DNA of 64,000 nt from an uncultured Eubacterium sp. (GTDB lineage: Bacteria; Bacillota; Clostridia; Peptostreptococcales; Anaerovoracaceae): assembly GCA_902495595.1 (NCBI GenBank), contig CABUXV010000006.1:21566-85565 (forward strand). Direction: 5' to 3'. The position numbers were made by a program, and so were the translations under genes. Positions 1 to 10,068 of this stretch are shown here, piece by piece. Every line of letters starts with the position of its first letter. Within the stretch, counting starts at the first letter, position 1. The notes below the pieces were generated by a model. That model did not search any database, had not been told where the DNA came from, and worked only from the letters and a program-made list of their open reading frames with translations.

Positions 1-773
1 TTCCGCCATCATGTCCAGAGTTGAATCATCAATCTCCCATCCGTGAATGATGAAATCGGCACCTGCTTTTACAGAATTAGCAGCCGAACCGAAACAATGA
101 GCCCAAAGAGGAATATCTCTCATTTTACATTCATCAGCTACAGCCTGAATTTCTTCCATACAGTAGTGCTGTTCCATTCCTTTTTCCCATCGCCAGATTC
201 CGCCGCCTGTTGCCCATATTTTTATTGCATCGGGATTTTCTCTGATTCTGCGACGAACTGCTTTGCGAAGTTCCCACGGTCCGTCAACTTGTTCTGCCCA
301 CGGATGCGAGTCTTTATTTAACTCTATTGATACATTATGAGAATCTCCATGTCCTGCTGTAGAACAAAGTCCAAGACCTGTTGCAACAATCCTCGGCCCC
401 GTCATAATCCCTGCTTCAATCATATTTCTTATATGTATGCCAAATCTTGAAATTTCGCCTACTGTTGTAAGCCCTGCTTCAAGACATTCATGCGCCTGCT
501 GTACTGCAACTACCGCTTTCTGCAAATTGTTTTCCATTACCCAGTCTGTATCATTTTCCGTAAGATTTCCGGAAAAATGAAGATGTGCATCTATAATTCC
601 AGGCATTAGTGTTTTTCCTGTTATATCTATAATTTCAAATCCACTTGGAACTTCTTTTTTTATGCCTGCGTAAACAATCTTTCCATCTTCAACCAAAACC
701 AACGAATCTTCCACAGGACTTGAGCCTGTCCCATCAATCAATAATCCTCCTGTAAAAGCTGTCTTTTTCATAT
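1..773 (-). CDS. Amidohydrolase-family metal-dependent hydrolase. Only the N-terminal 257 aa lie in the window; the C-terminus is beyond the window start.
   Basis: Minus-strand translation from the ATG at 771-773 gives MKKTAFTGGLLIDGTGSS...LMPGIIDAHLHFSGNL. The GIIDxHxH motif after a beta-sandwich N-terminus is typical of the amidohydrolase superfamily. A Shine-Dalgarno GGAGG (reverse complement of 785-789) sits 11 nt upstream of the ATG. Confidence 0.6.
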
Positions 774-1359
774 TTTGCATACCTCCTATATATACGATTA
801 AACACCTTAATCTTATCAATAAATTATAACTTTATACTTTCTCAAATACGCTTAATATACTTACTTATATTGATTTCATCCGGTCTTCGTCACTGTGATA
901 AAATAAAATATCTATATAATTATTTTTGCCAGAGGATTCTATAGTTCTTTCCTTTCCAATAACGCCGCACATTCTGTATGGCTCGATTGGCCCTGATTGA
1001 TGTCAGTTATCGAGAACCTGCCCAAACTAATATGTAATGCAGCAAAATATCTCTGTTTGTTTACGGAAACATATCAACAAATTCTATAGCAAAAAAATAT
1101 CAATACATTACTCTATCCATAGCACAGTCTAAACCTCGCCTATTCACGAGAAAAGTTCAACTCTTTTTTTGTCTCTACTATTATAGTTATACCAACATAA
1201 AAGTCAACTTTTTCGAAGAACTGTTATCGCCTCCACCTTGCCCGTTCTTCATACAGAAAATAGGTCAACGGCTATTTTTAGCCCTAACTGATGGCACTGT
1301 TTCCATGCATTCGACCTTACATGCTGGAAAATTTAGCATTGAAAGCAAGAAACGGCCTG

Positions 1360-2493
1360 TTACTTCTTTGCATTCTCTTCCAGTTCCATCATATACTTAT
1401 CAAAGTCAGACATAAACAATCTGTCCTGAATAACACGGTATTTTTCAAATTCAGTTTCGGCTTTTGCCTTGGCAATCTCTGCTGTGATTTTGCCTGCATC
1501 CTGAAGCACTTCTCTGTCATCGGCCATCAAGAATAAATCCAGTCTCTTCACCCAGTCCTCCATTGTCATCGGAATATGACGTTCTGCACGATCCTCTGCT
1601 AAATCCAGATATGCTGAAACAATACGCTCTAATGAACGCATTTCCTGCTCACTCAGGTAATTTTTTGCAACACTTACATCACTTTTTACAATCTTTCCTC
1701 CCGGTGCTGCTGCCCATGTAGTAAGTCCCATATTCGGCTTATCTGCATCTGCACGCTCGTAAATCAACTCTGCTGAGGTATGTCCGTGAACTGCATAATG
1801 CAGCTTGTTTTGAACCTTTGCAAAGAACTTCTTTGTTGTTTTTGCTGTTCGGTCATAATCAAGAGCTGTAGCATAGATGTCTGTTATCTTCTGATAAAAT
1901 CTACGCTCAGAGAGACGAATCTCACGAATCTGCTCAAGCAAACGGTCAAAGTATTCTTTTGTAAGAACAGATCCACCATTTTTCAGACGTTCATCATCCA
2001 TGACCCAGCCTTTGATGGTGTAGTCCTTTACAATTCTGTTTGCCCACTTACGGAACTGTACAGCTCGCTCATTGTTTACTTTGAATCCAACAGCAATAAT
2101 CATTTGCAGATTATAATGCTTCGTATCACGAGTCACCTGACGCGAGCCTTCGTTTTGAACTATTCGGAAATTCCGAATAGTTGCAGTCTCTTCTAATTCA
2201 CTATCTGCATAAATTTTTTTAATATGTTCATTTATTGTTGGTAAACCAACGTCATATAATATGGCCATCATCTTCTGTGTCAGCCATATATTCTCATCCT
2301 CATAACGCATTTCAATGCTGTCCTGCTGTTCACCAACAGAGGCAACATAGGTTAAGTATTCCGCTGCGCTGGAACGGATGGTGATTTCATTCTTCTTTTT
2401 TGCCAACGCAAATACCTCCGATATTGATTTTATTTGTGTCAAAAGAGTTGACACTTTTCGATACATAATCACGAGTAAAAACTTAAATTTCAA
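1360..2493 (-). CDS. RhuM-family virulence/Fic-DOC-like protein. The probable true start is the TTG at 2404-2406, which follows a GGAGG.
   Basis: The 377-aa ORF contains ...MRYEDENIWLTQKMMAILYDV...NFRIVQNEGSRQVTRDTKHYNLQMIIAVGFKVNNERAVQFRKWANRIVKDYTIKGW, which matches the conserved core of the RhuM (COG3943) family. Confidence 0.7.
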   Translation of the reverse strand: MKFKFLLVIMYRKVSTLLTQIKSISEVFALAKKKNEITIRSSAAEYLTYVASVGEQQDSIEMRYEDENIWLTQKMMAILYDVGLPTINEHIKKIYADSELEETATIRNFRIVQNEGSRQVTRDTKHYNLQMIIAVGFKVNNERAVQFRKWANRIVKDYTIKGWVMDDERLKNGGSVLTKEYFDRLLEQIREIRLSERRFYQKITDIYATALDYDRTAKTTKKFFAKVQNKLHYAVHGHTSAELIYERADADKPNMGLTTWAAAPGGKIVKSDVSVAKNYLSEQEMRSLERIVSAYLDLAEDRAERHIPMTMEDWVKRLDLFLMADDREVLQDAGKITAEIAKAKAETEFEKYRVIQDRLFMSDFDKYMMELEENAKK

Positions 2494-4560
2494 GGCTATA
2501 GTTTCTTTATTTCATCTACAACATCGGAATAGTTTTATTCCAAGTGACTATTTTAATGCTGTTAAGTTCTTGATGAAGCGGATTTACCATTTTCGATATA
2601 TGTGTAAGCTACCATTTTCATTCTCCGTGAAATTGGAATTTACTTATTTCTTTTTATACTTCAGTTTAGCGTGTTAATATCTCAACTTCTTATTGTGTGA
2701 TAGCGAAAAAGATATCTCTTCTATTGTTGCTCTCGTAAATAAAAGCTTTCAAAGGTTTGCTGGTATAAATGGAGTGGTCACCATAAATTACAATGCAACC
2801 TCCGTAGTGCACATGCTTTTATAAAATTTCACCAGCAAGTACTGTATCAAGAATAAAAAACTGCTCTACAACTAACTTTTTGTCAACAACAATGTTCTTT
2901 ATTCTTACGCCACATTTTGCTGTCATCAGCATATCCAATGCATATTATACATCAATAATAACTTTCTCGTCACTATTAATAATGTCTCAAACCTTGCTAT
3001 TCTTCTCTTACTACCAATCTCTCATCAATACCTTATTTCACGTTTCAAACATAGCTAACCTATAACTTCTCGTTTTACATAGGTTAACTCAATATCATCC
3101 CCAATAGTCTCCATCATTTTTATGAAAGTGTTATTGACTACACCGCCCTGCTTTTTAATGATACGGGTCACATATAATTTGGTGGTCTGTATATCTTCCG
3201 CTGTCTATGCTTGAGTAGTGTCGTTCTCTATGCATTTTACTTTTACATCTAACTCAATATTATTTTTAACCACACCGTCCTACTTTTCACAACTTATTTC
3301 ATATTTCAGATAATTATTATACTAAAAAATCATCCGAACTACAATATGTCCGCAAAACTGTTATAAACTTTATGTGACAAAAAACACCCTGCATTTCTGC
3401 AAAATGCTAACTATAGGAGATATTCCTTTATCTTCTCACGTCCACACTTATACCGAATTTCAGCGTCTCTATAACCCTTTCATTGTAAGCCGTTATTTTC
3501 TCAACCAACCTGCGAATCAACCACTCATAATATTGGTGATGTCCTGCGTCTGCTCTGCAAAAGACTGTTGCGTTTCGCCGATTCATTGTTTTATGCTTCC
3601 TGTCCACTAGAGTATTCTGTCTCACTCCACGAAGCGGTAAATCTCATCAGTAATTCTGTCATAATTGTCCTTGGAGTTTGCTACCTTGAACAGTTCTTTT
3701 TGCAATTCTCCTAAACGACGGTCAATCTCACCAAGTGTAATGCCGTCTGTTCCGCTAATCATCGTCTCCACATTTGGAACAATACACGATGCTGAAAACT
3801 ACATATTTACCACTATAAACGCACTTTTTTCGTTCTTTTCTACTGTAAATATTGGCACACCATATCATCTCTTTCTGTCGATTTCAATAGCCTCTTTCAC
3901 AAGCACCATATCCACACCGATATCACGGTCATTAATTTCTTCGCTCACATAGTATTTGTCCCAAATCTTATCCGATACAGGAAAACGGGACAGCTTTGCC
4001 TTGATACCCATCTCCGTTTCCACGTCACGGAGGTTACACGCCTTAAACTGCTTCTATTTTTCCATATCATGCTCTGGCAGATTTCTTGTACGACCGCCGT
4101 TTACCTTGGTCGGCGCACAGGGAACGCAGAAGTATTTGATTAAGGCTTTACCCTCGGTCAGCTTCTGCTTTTCCAATCGCCGGATTTTAAAGCGATGAGA
4201 TAGTTTGCTCTCCAAGAGTTTCTCCATCTTTTGGAAACAGCTGATTTCATCATTTCTCATGGATACAAAGTCACCCATAAGCTGGTGGTTGACCTCGTAG
4301 AGAAAGTCGGCAAATGTCATGGCAGCGGACTTTCCGGCGTGCTCCAAGCTGAGTTCTTACTCGTTCACTAACAGCTTGAAACCAAGAAAAAAGCAGTAGC
4401 CAATCTGGTTTTCCCCAATCATCACAACCAACGTTTGTTGTGAATACCGCAGCCAGACTTAGCACACCAGTCAAAAAACGTTTCATAATCTTTTTCATAC
4501 AATCAATGCTCATTTCGTTTTGGTAAAAAAATAGATTTTCACTTCTGAACATCCAAGTGA
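2494..4560 (-). pseudogene. About 2 kb of degraded coding remnants with no intact ORF. I suspect mobile-element relics, possibly recombinase-like.
   Basis: Minus-strand reading gives protein-like runs broken by stops and frameshifts, for example ...KCGVRIKNIVVDKKLVVEQFFILDTVLAGEIL*KHVHYGGCIVIYGDHSIYTSKPL, ...ISCFQKMEKLLESKLSHRFKIRRLEKQKLTEGKALIKYFCVPCAPTKVNGGRTRNL and ...LGELQKELFKVANSKDNYDRITDEIYRFVE. The only ORF-track entries here are 61-97 aa fragments. Confidence 0.35.
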
Positions 4561-4565
4561 AAATG

Positions 4566-4574
4566 TGATATAAT
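4566..4574 (+). promoter_or_regulatory. Extended -10 promoter element (TGaTATAAT) for the membrane-protein gene.
   Basis: tgaTATAAT lies at 4566-4574, the AGGAGG ribosome-binding site at 4583-4588, and the ATG at 4596. Confidence 0.45.
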
Positions 4575-4595
4575 ATTATGCTAGGAGGAAAACTT

Positions 4596-5348
4596 ATGCT
4601 GGAAATTATTTCAATATGTTTAAATGTAATTACTATTGTTTTAACAATTTACGAATTATTCTGGAAAAAGTCTTCTAATAGTACAAAGCAATATATTCAG
4701 AATAATATAATTCAACAAATCAATCCTAAATACGATATAAAAGTATCATCTACTCCAATGTACAAATTAGATAATGTTGCAATAAAAAATGCACGTTGGA
4801 AATCTAAAAGAATAACTCAATTTGCCACAATTTTGATATATTTATCTACAGCAATTAATTTTGTGAACTATATACAAATAAATACCATTCATTCTGTTAC
4901 TGATTTTACTGCCATTTTTTATATCCCTATGCGGAACACAATGATACAGTTATCTATAATTTTGGTATTATTGTGTATTATTTTTATTGTACGTGGTTGG
5001 AATAAACAACAATCTATATTTTCTAACCTAATGAGTATGAAATATTTTACTTTTAAGATAGTAGTAGATACTTTTGCTATTGTTGGATTAGCACTGGTTG
5101 ATTATTCTCTTTTGGAAAAAATAAACACTAATATACAAAACTCACTTTATACAATTAATCTAATTGGTTGGTCTGCTTTGTTTGTGTTTCAGTTATTATG
5201 GATTCAGCATACAGTTTTAAAAATATATAAGCTTATTCCGTTGTCTAACACGTATGAAGAAAAGGAAAAACAACTATTTGCTTTTGTTCCTGTTTATATT
5301 ATTTCTATCTTACTTTTTGGATTGACCATCTATACAAAGTTTTTCTAA
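4596..5348 (+). CDS. Hypothetical multi-pass membrane protein, very AT-rich. The ORF track starts it at 4578; the ATG at 4596 has the better RBS.
   Basis: The 250-256 aa ORF has about 6 predicted hydrophobic helices (IISICLNVITIVLTIYELFW, ITQFATILIYLSTAINFV, LSIILVLLCIIFIV, FAIVGLALV, LIGWSALFVFQLLWI, VYIISILLFGLTIY). It has its own promoter and a strong downstream terminator. Its orientation is convergent with the defence cassette. Confidence 0.6.
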   Translation: MLEIISICLNVITIVLTIYELFWKKSSNSTKQYIQNNIIQQINPKYDIKVSSTPMYKLDNVAIKNARWKSKRITQFATILIYLSTAINFVNYIQINTIHSVTDFTAIFYIPMRNTMIQLSIILVLLCIIFIVRGWNKQQSIFSNLMSMKYFTFKIVVDTFAIVGLALVDYSLLEKINTNIQNSLYTINLIGWSALFVFQLLWIQHTVLKIYKLIPLSNTYEEKEKQLFAFVPVYIISILLFGLTIYTKFF

Positions 5349-5352
5349 AACA

Positions 5353-5422
5353 AATAGGGCGCTCATTTCTGAACGCCCTATTGTAAGAAAGGGATACTGT
5401 TGTAATCCAGTATCCTTCTTTG
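5353..5422. terminator. Two consecutive hairpins forming a bidirectional terminator between convergent genes.
   Basis: Hairpin 1 is AATAGGGCG-ctcatttctgaa-CGCCCTATT (5353-5382). Hairpin 2 is AAGAAAGGGATACTG-ttgtaatc-CAGTATCCTTCTT (5387-5422). Confidence 0.6.
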
Positions 5423-5428
5423 TAAATC

Positions 5429-5653
5429 TTATTCTATTGTATCCTCACGCTCTATATCGACTACCACAGAAACATTGATATAATCTTTTATGACTTTATT
5501 TCTGCATTTTTCACCGTCGCCAGTGAACGCCATATGCTTGGAAAAGTACCTAAAATTAAGAATTTCTACATAGTTTTTCTTTGTATCAACACTACCGTCT
5601 CCACGTGTGATAGTTAGGCTATTTTTCAGAATTAACCGCTGTCGTAAATTCAA
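5429..5653 (-). CDS. Small hypothetical ORF (74 aa, TTG start) downstream of the helicase gene. It may be a remnant.
   Basis: ORF track only; I recognised no motifs. Confidence 0.2.
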   Translation of the reverse strand: MNLRQRLILKNSLTITRGDGSVDTKKNYVEILNFRYFSKHMAFTGDGEKCRNKVIKDYINVSVVVDIEREDTIE

Positions 5654-5749
5654 CTGTTTTCTTCCACTTAGTCATGTTCCTTTTACAACCTATCTCTTTT
5701 TCGATTAGGCTATTTCTACTTTTATCCGAATCATATAACCTCTGCAAGA

Positions 5750-7996
5750 TTATATACATTGCTCTAAACGCTCGCTTTCATATGGTAATAAATGCTTTTT
5801 TATATAATCACGATTCTCTTTTATAAAATTAACAACTTCATCCTCTGATAGATTAGCAGAAATAACTCGTTCCAATCTTCGCACAGCATTACTCGGAATT
5901 CCGAATTCAACTAAGATAGACAAATTTTTACGTATAAAATCATTTTCTAACTGTTGCACAAAAAAACTATATGACCCTGGTTTAATATTCCTCTTTTCGC
6001 ATATCAAACGTTGTATACTATCTACGACTCTAAATGCTTTTGGCACAGTAAACTGAAACCAATGTCTGTAAATATGAAATGCGGTTTCTACTGCCTCATC
6101 GTAATATTTCGATTTTCTCTCATCTGTCAAAGTTTTCACTTTTGAAATTTTACCGTTATAAATATCATTAACAATATCAATAATATTCTTTTTCATCCTA
6201 TACATATTTAGATATCTCGCAAGCTGTTTTACAGAAAATATTCCGCGTTTATCATCAAAATCAAACAGATTATTCTCTGCTATTTGCAAAACATAATACA
6301 TTTGATCCCATGTAGGCAATTGGCTCCATCGAATGTTTTGTAATGCACCTTCTGTTTTGAAATCTTCAATTAATTTATTATAAATTCTGATTTGTCCATT
6401 TATAGAAACACCATTTTGTTTAATAATACTTAATAAATCTTCCGGAAGTGCATTAATCTGGTCATAGCGATTTTTCACTTGTGGCTTCACATCGCCTTTT
6501 TTTATATTAACAAGTATTTCGTTTGTTAATATTTCAGGATCCTGTTCATAAAATGGGATATCTATCACAATAGACTCCTGTGTTGGAATATGACAAAAAT
6601 TAAATATTCTGCCTACATAGTGCTCCATCATTCTACCAGAACGTCCTTTGATATTGCTATAATCAAAAAAGTCTATTTCGCAGCCTCCCTTTTTTTCATC
6701 AAATAAAATTACATTCTTAGCACTGGTATTTACCCCTTCAATTATTGTAGAAGTGCAAAAAATACAGTTTAACATTCCCTCATTAAAATATTTAATAATT
6801 GAGGCTCCTATATGTTTTTGAAGAGACCCGTCATGAATTGCTATACCATATTGCAATTCCTTAGCCAAACTCCATTCCGATGAAATATTTTTATTTATCC
6901 ATTCTACTAAAGGCAGTCGCTTGTCCTTTTCCTGCCCCTTTTTTTGCAAATACTCTAAATACGTTTTGGCCATACGTCTTGCACGTGCGGGAGTAGAACA
7001 GTAAATAAGCGTTTGCTCATTCCGCATTTCACTTAACAATTCACACAAAATTTCAATTTTTGCTTTATCAATCTGCTTATCACTTTTACTCCAATCAATC
7101 AAATAGCTTTTATCTATTACATCACAATCCACTAACGAAAAATCCGATTTATAAAATATCGCATTATATTTTTCTGCAAATCCTTCTGTTATTCCATCAA
7201 TATTGGGTCCCAAAAAATAAAATCTAGGATGGAATTTATTTACCACCTTTAAAAAAGCATTATTCAAAGTATCTGCGCGATCATCCTTTCTTCTAAGACT
7301 TAATTTATAAAATTCATCTATAATAAGAAAATCTATTGGGGGTAAGGGTTCATATTCCATTACTCTCTCTGCAGTTAATAAAAAAAGATTTCTTTTCTCT
7401 TCTGAATACGGTTGAGAAGTTCTCACAATAATTTTATATTCATCTGCATATTTCTTTAGTTTCAATCGTGTTTCATCTAATAAAGCTAATGTAGGCTGAA
7501 TAATAATTATATTTTTATATTTTTTTGAAGCTACAATTTCTTCTATAAGTAAACTTTTTCCAAAACTTGTTGGCGCACTAGCAATTATATTCTTTCCAGC
7601 CAAAAGATATTGGGATATTTTCTTTTGCTCCCTATGTAAATATGTATTCTCTAAATAATCTGAGCGGAAATAACTCATGCGCACATCATCTGCAAAAGAC
7701 ACCAATTTTAAATCAGAGCTATTTTTTTGAATATACGGATAAAATCCCAATGTTTCGATTAAGTCCGACCATATTTCATATGTGTTTTTATCTACTTTTT
7801 CCCAATTATTTAAAACATGTATTACTATTTTTCTCGCAGACAACTCTGCCTCTGCTGAATGCAGAGACAGTAATTGTGTACAATACGCGACAATTCTAAA
7901 ACTCTGATTTAAAAAGATACTATCTACGCTTTTAATTTCTGGTATAAAATCTGTTGTTTTATCCATCTTCCACCTCAAATATTCTGCATGTGCCAA
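5750..7996 (-). CDS. hamB: SF2 (DExH-like) helicase, which I take to be Hachiman HamB-like.
   Basis: 748 aa. Walker A / motif I is GKNIIASAPTSFGKS, motif II is FLIIDEFYK and motif VI is IKGRSGRMMEH. Its start overlaps the upstream nuclease-like gene by 22 nt, which indicates translational coupling. Confidence 0.6.
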   Translation of the reverse strand: MAHAEYLRWKMDKTTDFIPEIKSVDSIFLNQSFRIVAYCTQLLSLHSAEAELSARKIVIHVLNNWEKVDKNTYEIWSDLIETLGFYPYIQKNSSDLKLVSFADDVRMSYFRSDYLENTYLHREQKKISQYLLAGKNIIASAPTSFGKSLLIEEIVASKKYKNIIIIQPTLALLDETRLKLKKYADEYKIIVRTSQPYSEEKRNLFLLTAERVMEYEPLPPIDFLIIDEFYKLSLRRKDDRADTLNNAFLKVVNKFHPRFYFLGPNIDGITEGFAEKYNAIFYKSDFSLVDCDVIDKSYLIDWSKSDKQIDKAKIEILCELLSEMRNEQTLIYCSTPARARRMAKTYLEYLQKKGQEKDKRLPLVEWINKNISSEWSLAKELQYGIAIHDGSLQKHIGASIIKYFNEGMLNCIFCTSTIIEGVNTSAKNVILFDEKKGGCEIDFFDYSNIKGRSGRMMEHYVGRIFNFCHIPTQESIVIDIPFYEQDPEILTNEILVNIKKGDVKPQVKNRYDQINALPEDLLSIIKQNGVSINGQIRIYNKLIEDFKTEGALQNIRWSQLPTWDQMYYVLQIAENNLFDFDDKRGIFSVKQLARYLNMYRMKKNIIDIVNDIYNGKISKVKTLTDERKSKYYDEAVETAFHIYRHWFQFTVPKAFRVVDSIQRLICEKRNIKPGSYSFFVQQLENDFIRKNLSILVEFGIPSNAVRRLERVISANLSEDEVVNFIKENRDYIKKHLLPYESERLEQCI

Positions 7997-8913
7997 AGAC
8001 GTTTGTGCAAATTAATAACTAATTCATTTTTATCATTTAAAGGGAATAACATAAGAATGATATTAACCCTATCTTTTAATGGCATTTTATTCTGTTTATC
8101 AAAATACTCTTTTAGCTCTCTGATATTTAATTCATGGTAGGTTTCTGCACTAGGATCATTCATATCGGAAAACTTTTTATAAATATCATGTGTATAAGTA
8201 CAAAGCATTGGTATATTTATAATTCTTAGTTTATCGCCTAGCTTTGTACAGTTTGTTATCGTATCAATCCACTCCTGTCTGCCAGGTATTGAATTATTCT
8301 CAAGATTCTTTTTAATTATTACAAACTGATCGTTTAAATAATCTGTATTAATATGTTCATTCAAATCTTTTACTAATGCCTTTATTCCTTCCTTACTATC
8401 ATCGTAAAGTTTACTTTCCCCAAGCCATAAAATTTTTTCATTTGCAGAAATATGCACTGCATCAAACCCATGAGCAGGTACACTCGCACTATCTTTAAAA
8501 TAAACTTTAGAAATTAGTGGTATCGTATGCTTAAATTCTCTTAATATCAAATGCAATAGCAGTTCTCCAAATTCTCCTCTTTTTGCTGTACTAGATTTCT
8601 TTAATTCGTTATATGCATTATTATCTCCATCTACGCACCACTGTTTCACTAGTTGAAAATCTTTAATTTTATAAATACAATGGGCTGCTTCTCTCAATTT
8701 TTCGACAATATCGTTTTGAAGAATATTGGGATCTTCATACTGTGCAAAAACGTATTCCGGAATTGTATTGCAAATAGCTTTAGTGAAATCGTCCAAACGA
8801 TATTTCGGTTGCCCGCTATCATCAATATCCATATCAACCACAAAACTATTTAAATCTTCTTCATTAATCCTAAGTAATATTACATTGCTTTTATCAAAAA
8901 TTCTATTCCCCAT
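7975..8913 (-). CDS. hamA: DUF1837-like PD-(D/E)xK nuclease-fold protein, which I take to be Hachiman HamA-like.
   Basis: 312 aa. It contains RGEFGELLLHLILREF and a D...ExK motif (GFDAVHISANEKILWLGESKLYDD). It sits immediately upstream of the helicase and overlaps it, which is the HamA-HamB gene order. Confidence 0.55.
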   Translation of the reverse strand: MGNRIFDKSNVILLRINEEDLNSFVVDMDIDDSGQPKYRLDDFTKAICNTIPEYVFAQYEDPNILQNDIVEKLREAAHCIYKIKDFQLVKQWCVDGDNNAYNELKKSSTAKRGEFGELLLHLILREFKHTIPLISKVYFKDSASVPAHGFDAVHISANEKILWLGESKLYDDSKEGIKALVKDLNEHINTDYLNDQFVIIKKNLENNSIPGRQEWIDTITNCTKLGDKLRIINIPMLCTYTHDIYKKFSDMNDPSAETYHELNIRELKEYFDKQNKMPLKDRVNIILMLFPLNDKNELVINLHKRLWHMQNI

Positions 8914-9907
8914 TTAAATGCCTTTCTCACAAAACATAATCTTTATTTGTACATTGACTATCTTATTTTCTAAGAGTTTTTATCATTTTCTTGGAACTAT
9001 ATTTTTTGCTTTTTCTTTGGTTACCCTTTTCATTTCTTATCACATTACTTCTCCGCATTTTCTCAATTTGCACTGCTTCAAAAGTTTCCTTCGATATTAT
9101 CGCCGGATTGTTATCAGTTGCCAAATAATGTACTTCGTTTTTCCCCGTTTTCAATAGTCGAACATCCCCTGTATACTTCTCATTACTCAGCATGACATCT
9201 ATTGTTCTCTTACACCATTTCTCCTTCCCCGTAGGAGAAGGGATTTTCTGTTTCTCAAGTTCTTTGATAATCCCCAATACACTTTGTCCTCTCAAATACA
9301 AGTCAAATATGATTTTTACATTTTCCGCTGTTTCTTCATCAATGATTAACTTGCCATTTTCATCATGTTTATACCCATAACACTTTCTATCATATAATTT
9401 CGAAGTTCCTAAAGCAGCTCCCTGCTTAATGCCCCATTTTATATTTTCGCTACGAGACTCATTTTCTGCTTGTGCAAAAGACTCAATAATTGAAATCATT
9501 AGGTCACTGTCTGTCTTTGCTGTATCAAGTTCTTCCTGTTCAAATATTACACGAACACCGGCATTCTTTAATTTACTCAATGCTTCTATAGTTTCAACAG
9601 TATCTCTTCCAAAGCGGCTGATGCTTTTTGTAAAAATAATATCTAGTTTATGAGATGTACAATCATCCAACATACGGTTAAATTCCTTGCGTGAAGAACC
9701 TGTTTTACTGGTCGAGATATCCATATACACATCCGCAAGAAGCCATTGTGGTGTAACCGCCGTTATTTTTGTTAAATGTGATACTTGTGCAGCCAAACTT
9801 TATAACTGCTCCGAACTATTTGTACTGACACGACAATAGATTCCGATGCGCTTGTCCCGTTTCTGTGGTATGGGTGGTATGAAATAAACTTTTTTATAAC
9901 AGTCCAT
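8914..9907 (-). pseudogene. Large serine recombinase pseudogene, with an internal in-frame TAA at 9800-9802 and a truncated C-terminus.
   Basis: The ATG at 9905-9907 gives MDCYKKVYFIPPIPQKRDKRIGIYCRVSTNSSEQL*SLAAQVSHLTKITA...FGRDTVETIEALSKLKNAGVRVIFEQEELD.... This is the catalytic Ser motif (YCRVST) plus the recombinase domain. The frame runs through a second TAA at 8963 into the hamA start codon. The zinc-ribbon and coiled-coil C-terminus is missing. Confidence 0.7.
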
Positions 9908-10017
9908 ACCTCATCTCCTCTACAAATAGGTAATCTACTCTGACAGACTATCTACATAGGCTAATTAACATCCATGTTTATATTGTACATGATAACTAGC
10001 CATTTTACAATCATTCT

Positions 10018-10068
10018 ATCTACTCAACCTACCGCCCTATCAATCCTGTCTACTCAACCTACCGCCAA
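10018..10068. repeat. Tandem direct repeat TCTACTCAACCTACCGCC x2, separated by 13 bp. A third partial copy (TCTACTC) lies at 9934.
   Basis: There are exact 18-bp copies at 10019-10036 and 10051-10068, in the intergenic region between the recombinase relic and the rlmC-like gene. Confidence 0.6.

Larger units (their letters stand above)
780..9907. mobile_element. Putative decayed integrative/defence island. Contents are RhuM, the degraded remnants, the AT-rich membrane gene, the HamA/HamB-like cassette and a serine recombinase pseudogene.
   Basis: Gene content is accessory, GC is visibly lower than in the flanking core genes, and a large serine recombinase relic sits at the right edge followed by direct repeats at 10018-10068. 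The exact boundaries are not defined. Confidence 0.4.

Noticed and set aside
1291-1536. Plus-strand 81-aa ORF at the 3' end of the RhuM gene.
   Set aside because: It overlaps the RhuM coding sequence on the opposite strand and has no signals of its own.
5429-5653. Third component of the Hachiman-like system.
   Set aside because: The ORF is only 74 aa and starts on TTG. It has no RBS and no recognisable motif, and it may be non-coding. I kept it only as a low-confidence feature.
10018-10068. Possible CRISPR array.
   Set aside because: There are only two copies of an 18-bp unit with a 13-bp spacer, and no cas genes. It is far more likely a recombination or att-type repeat.
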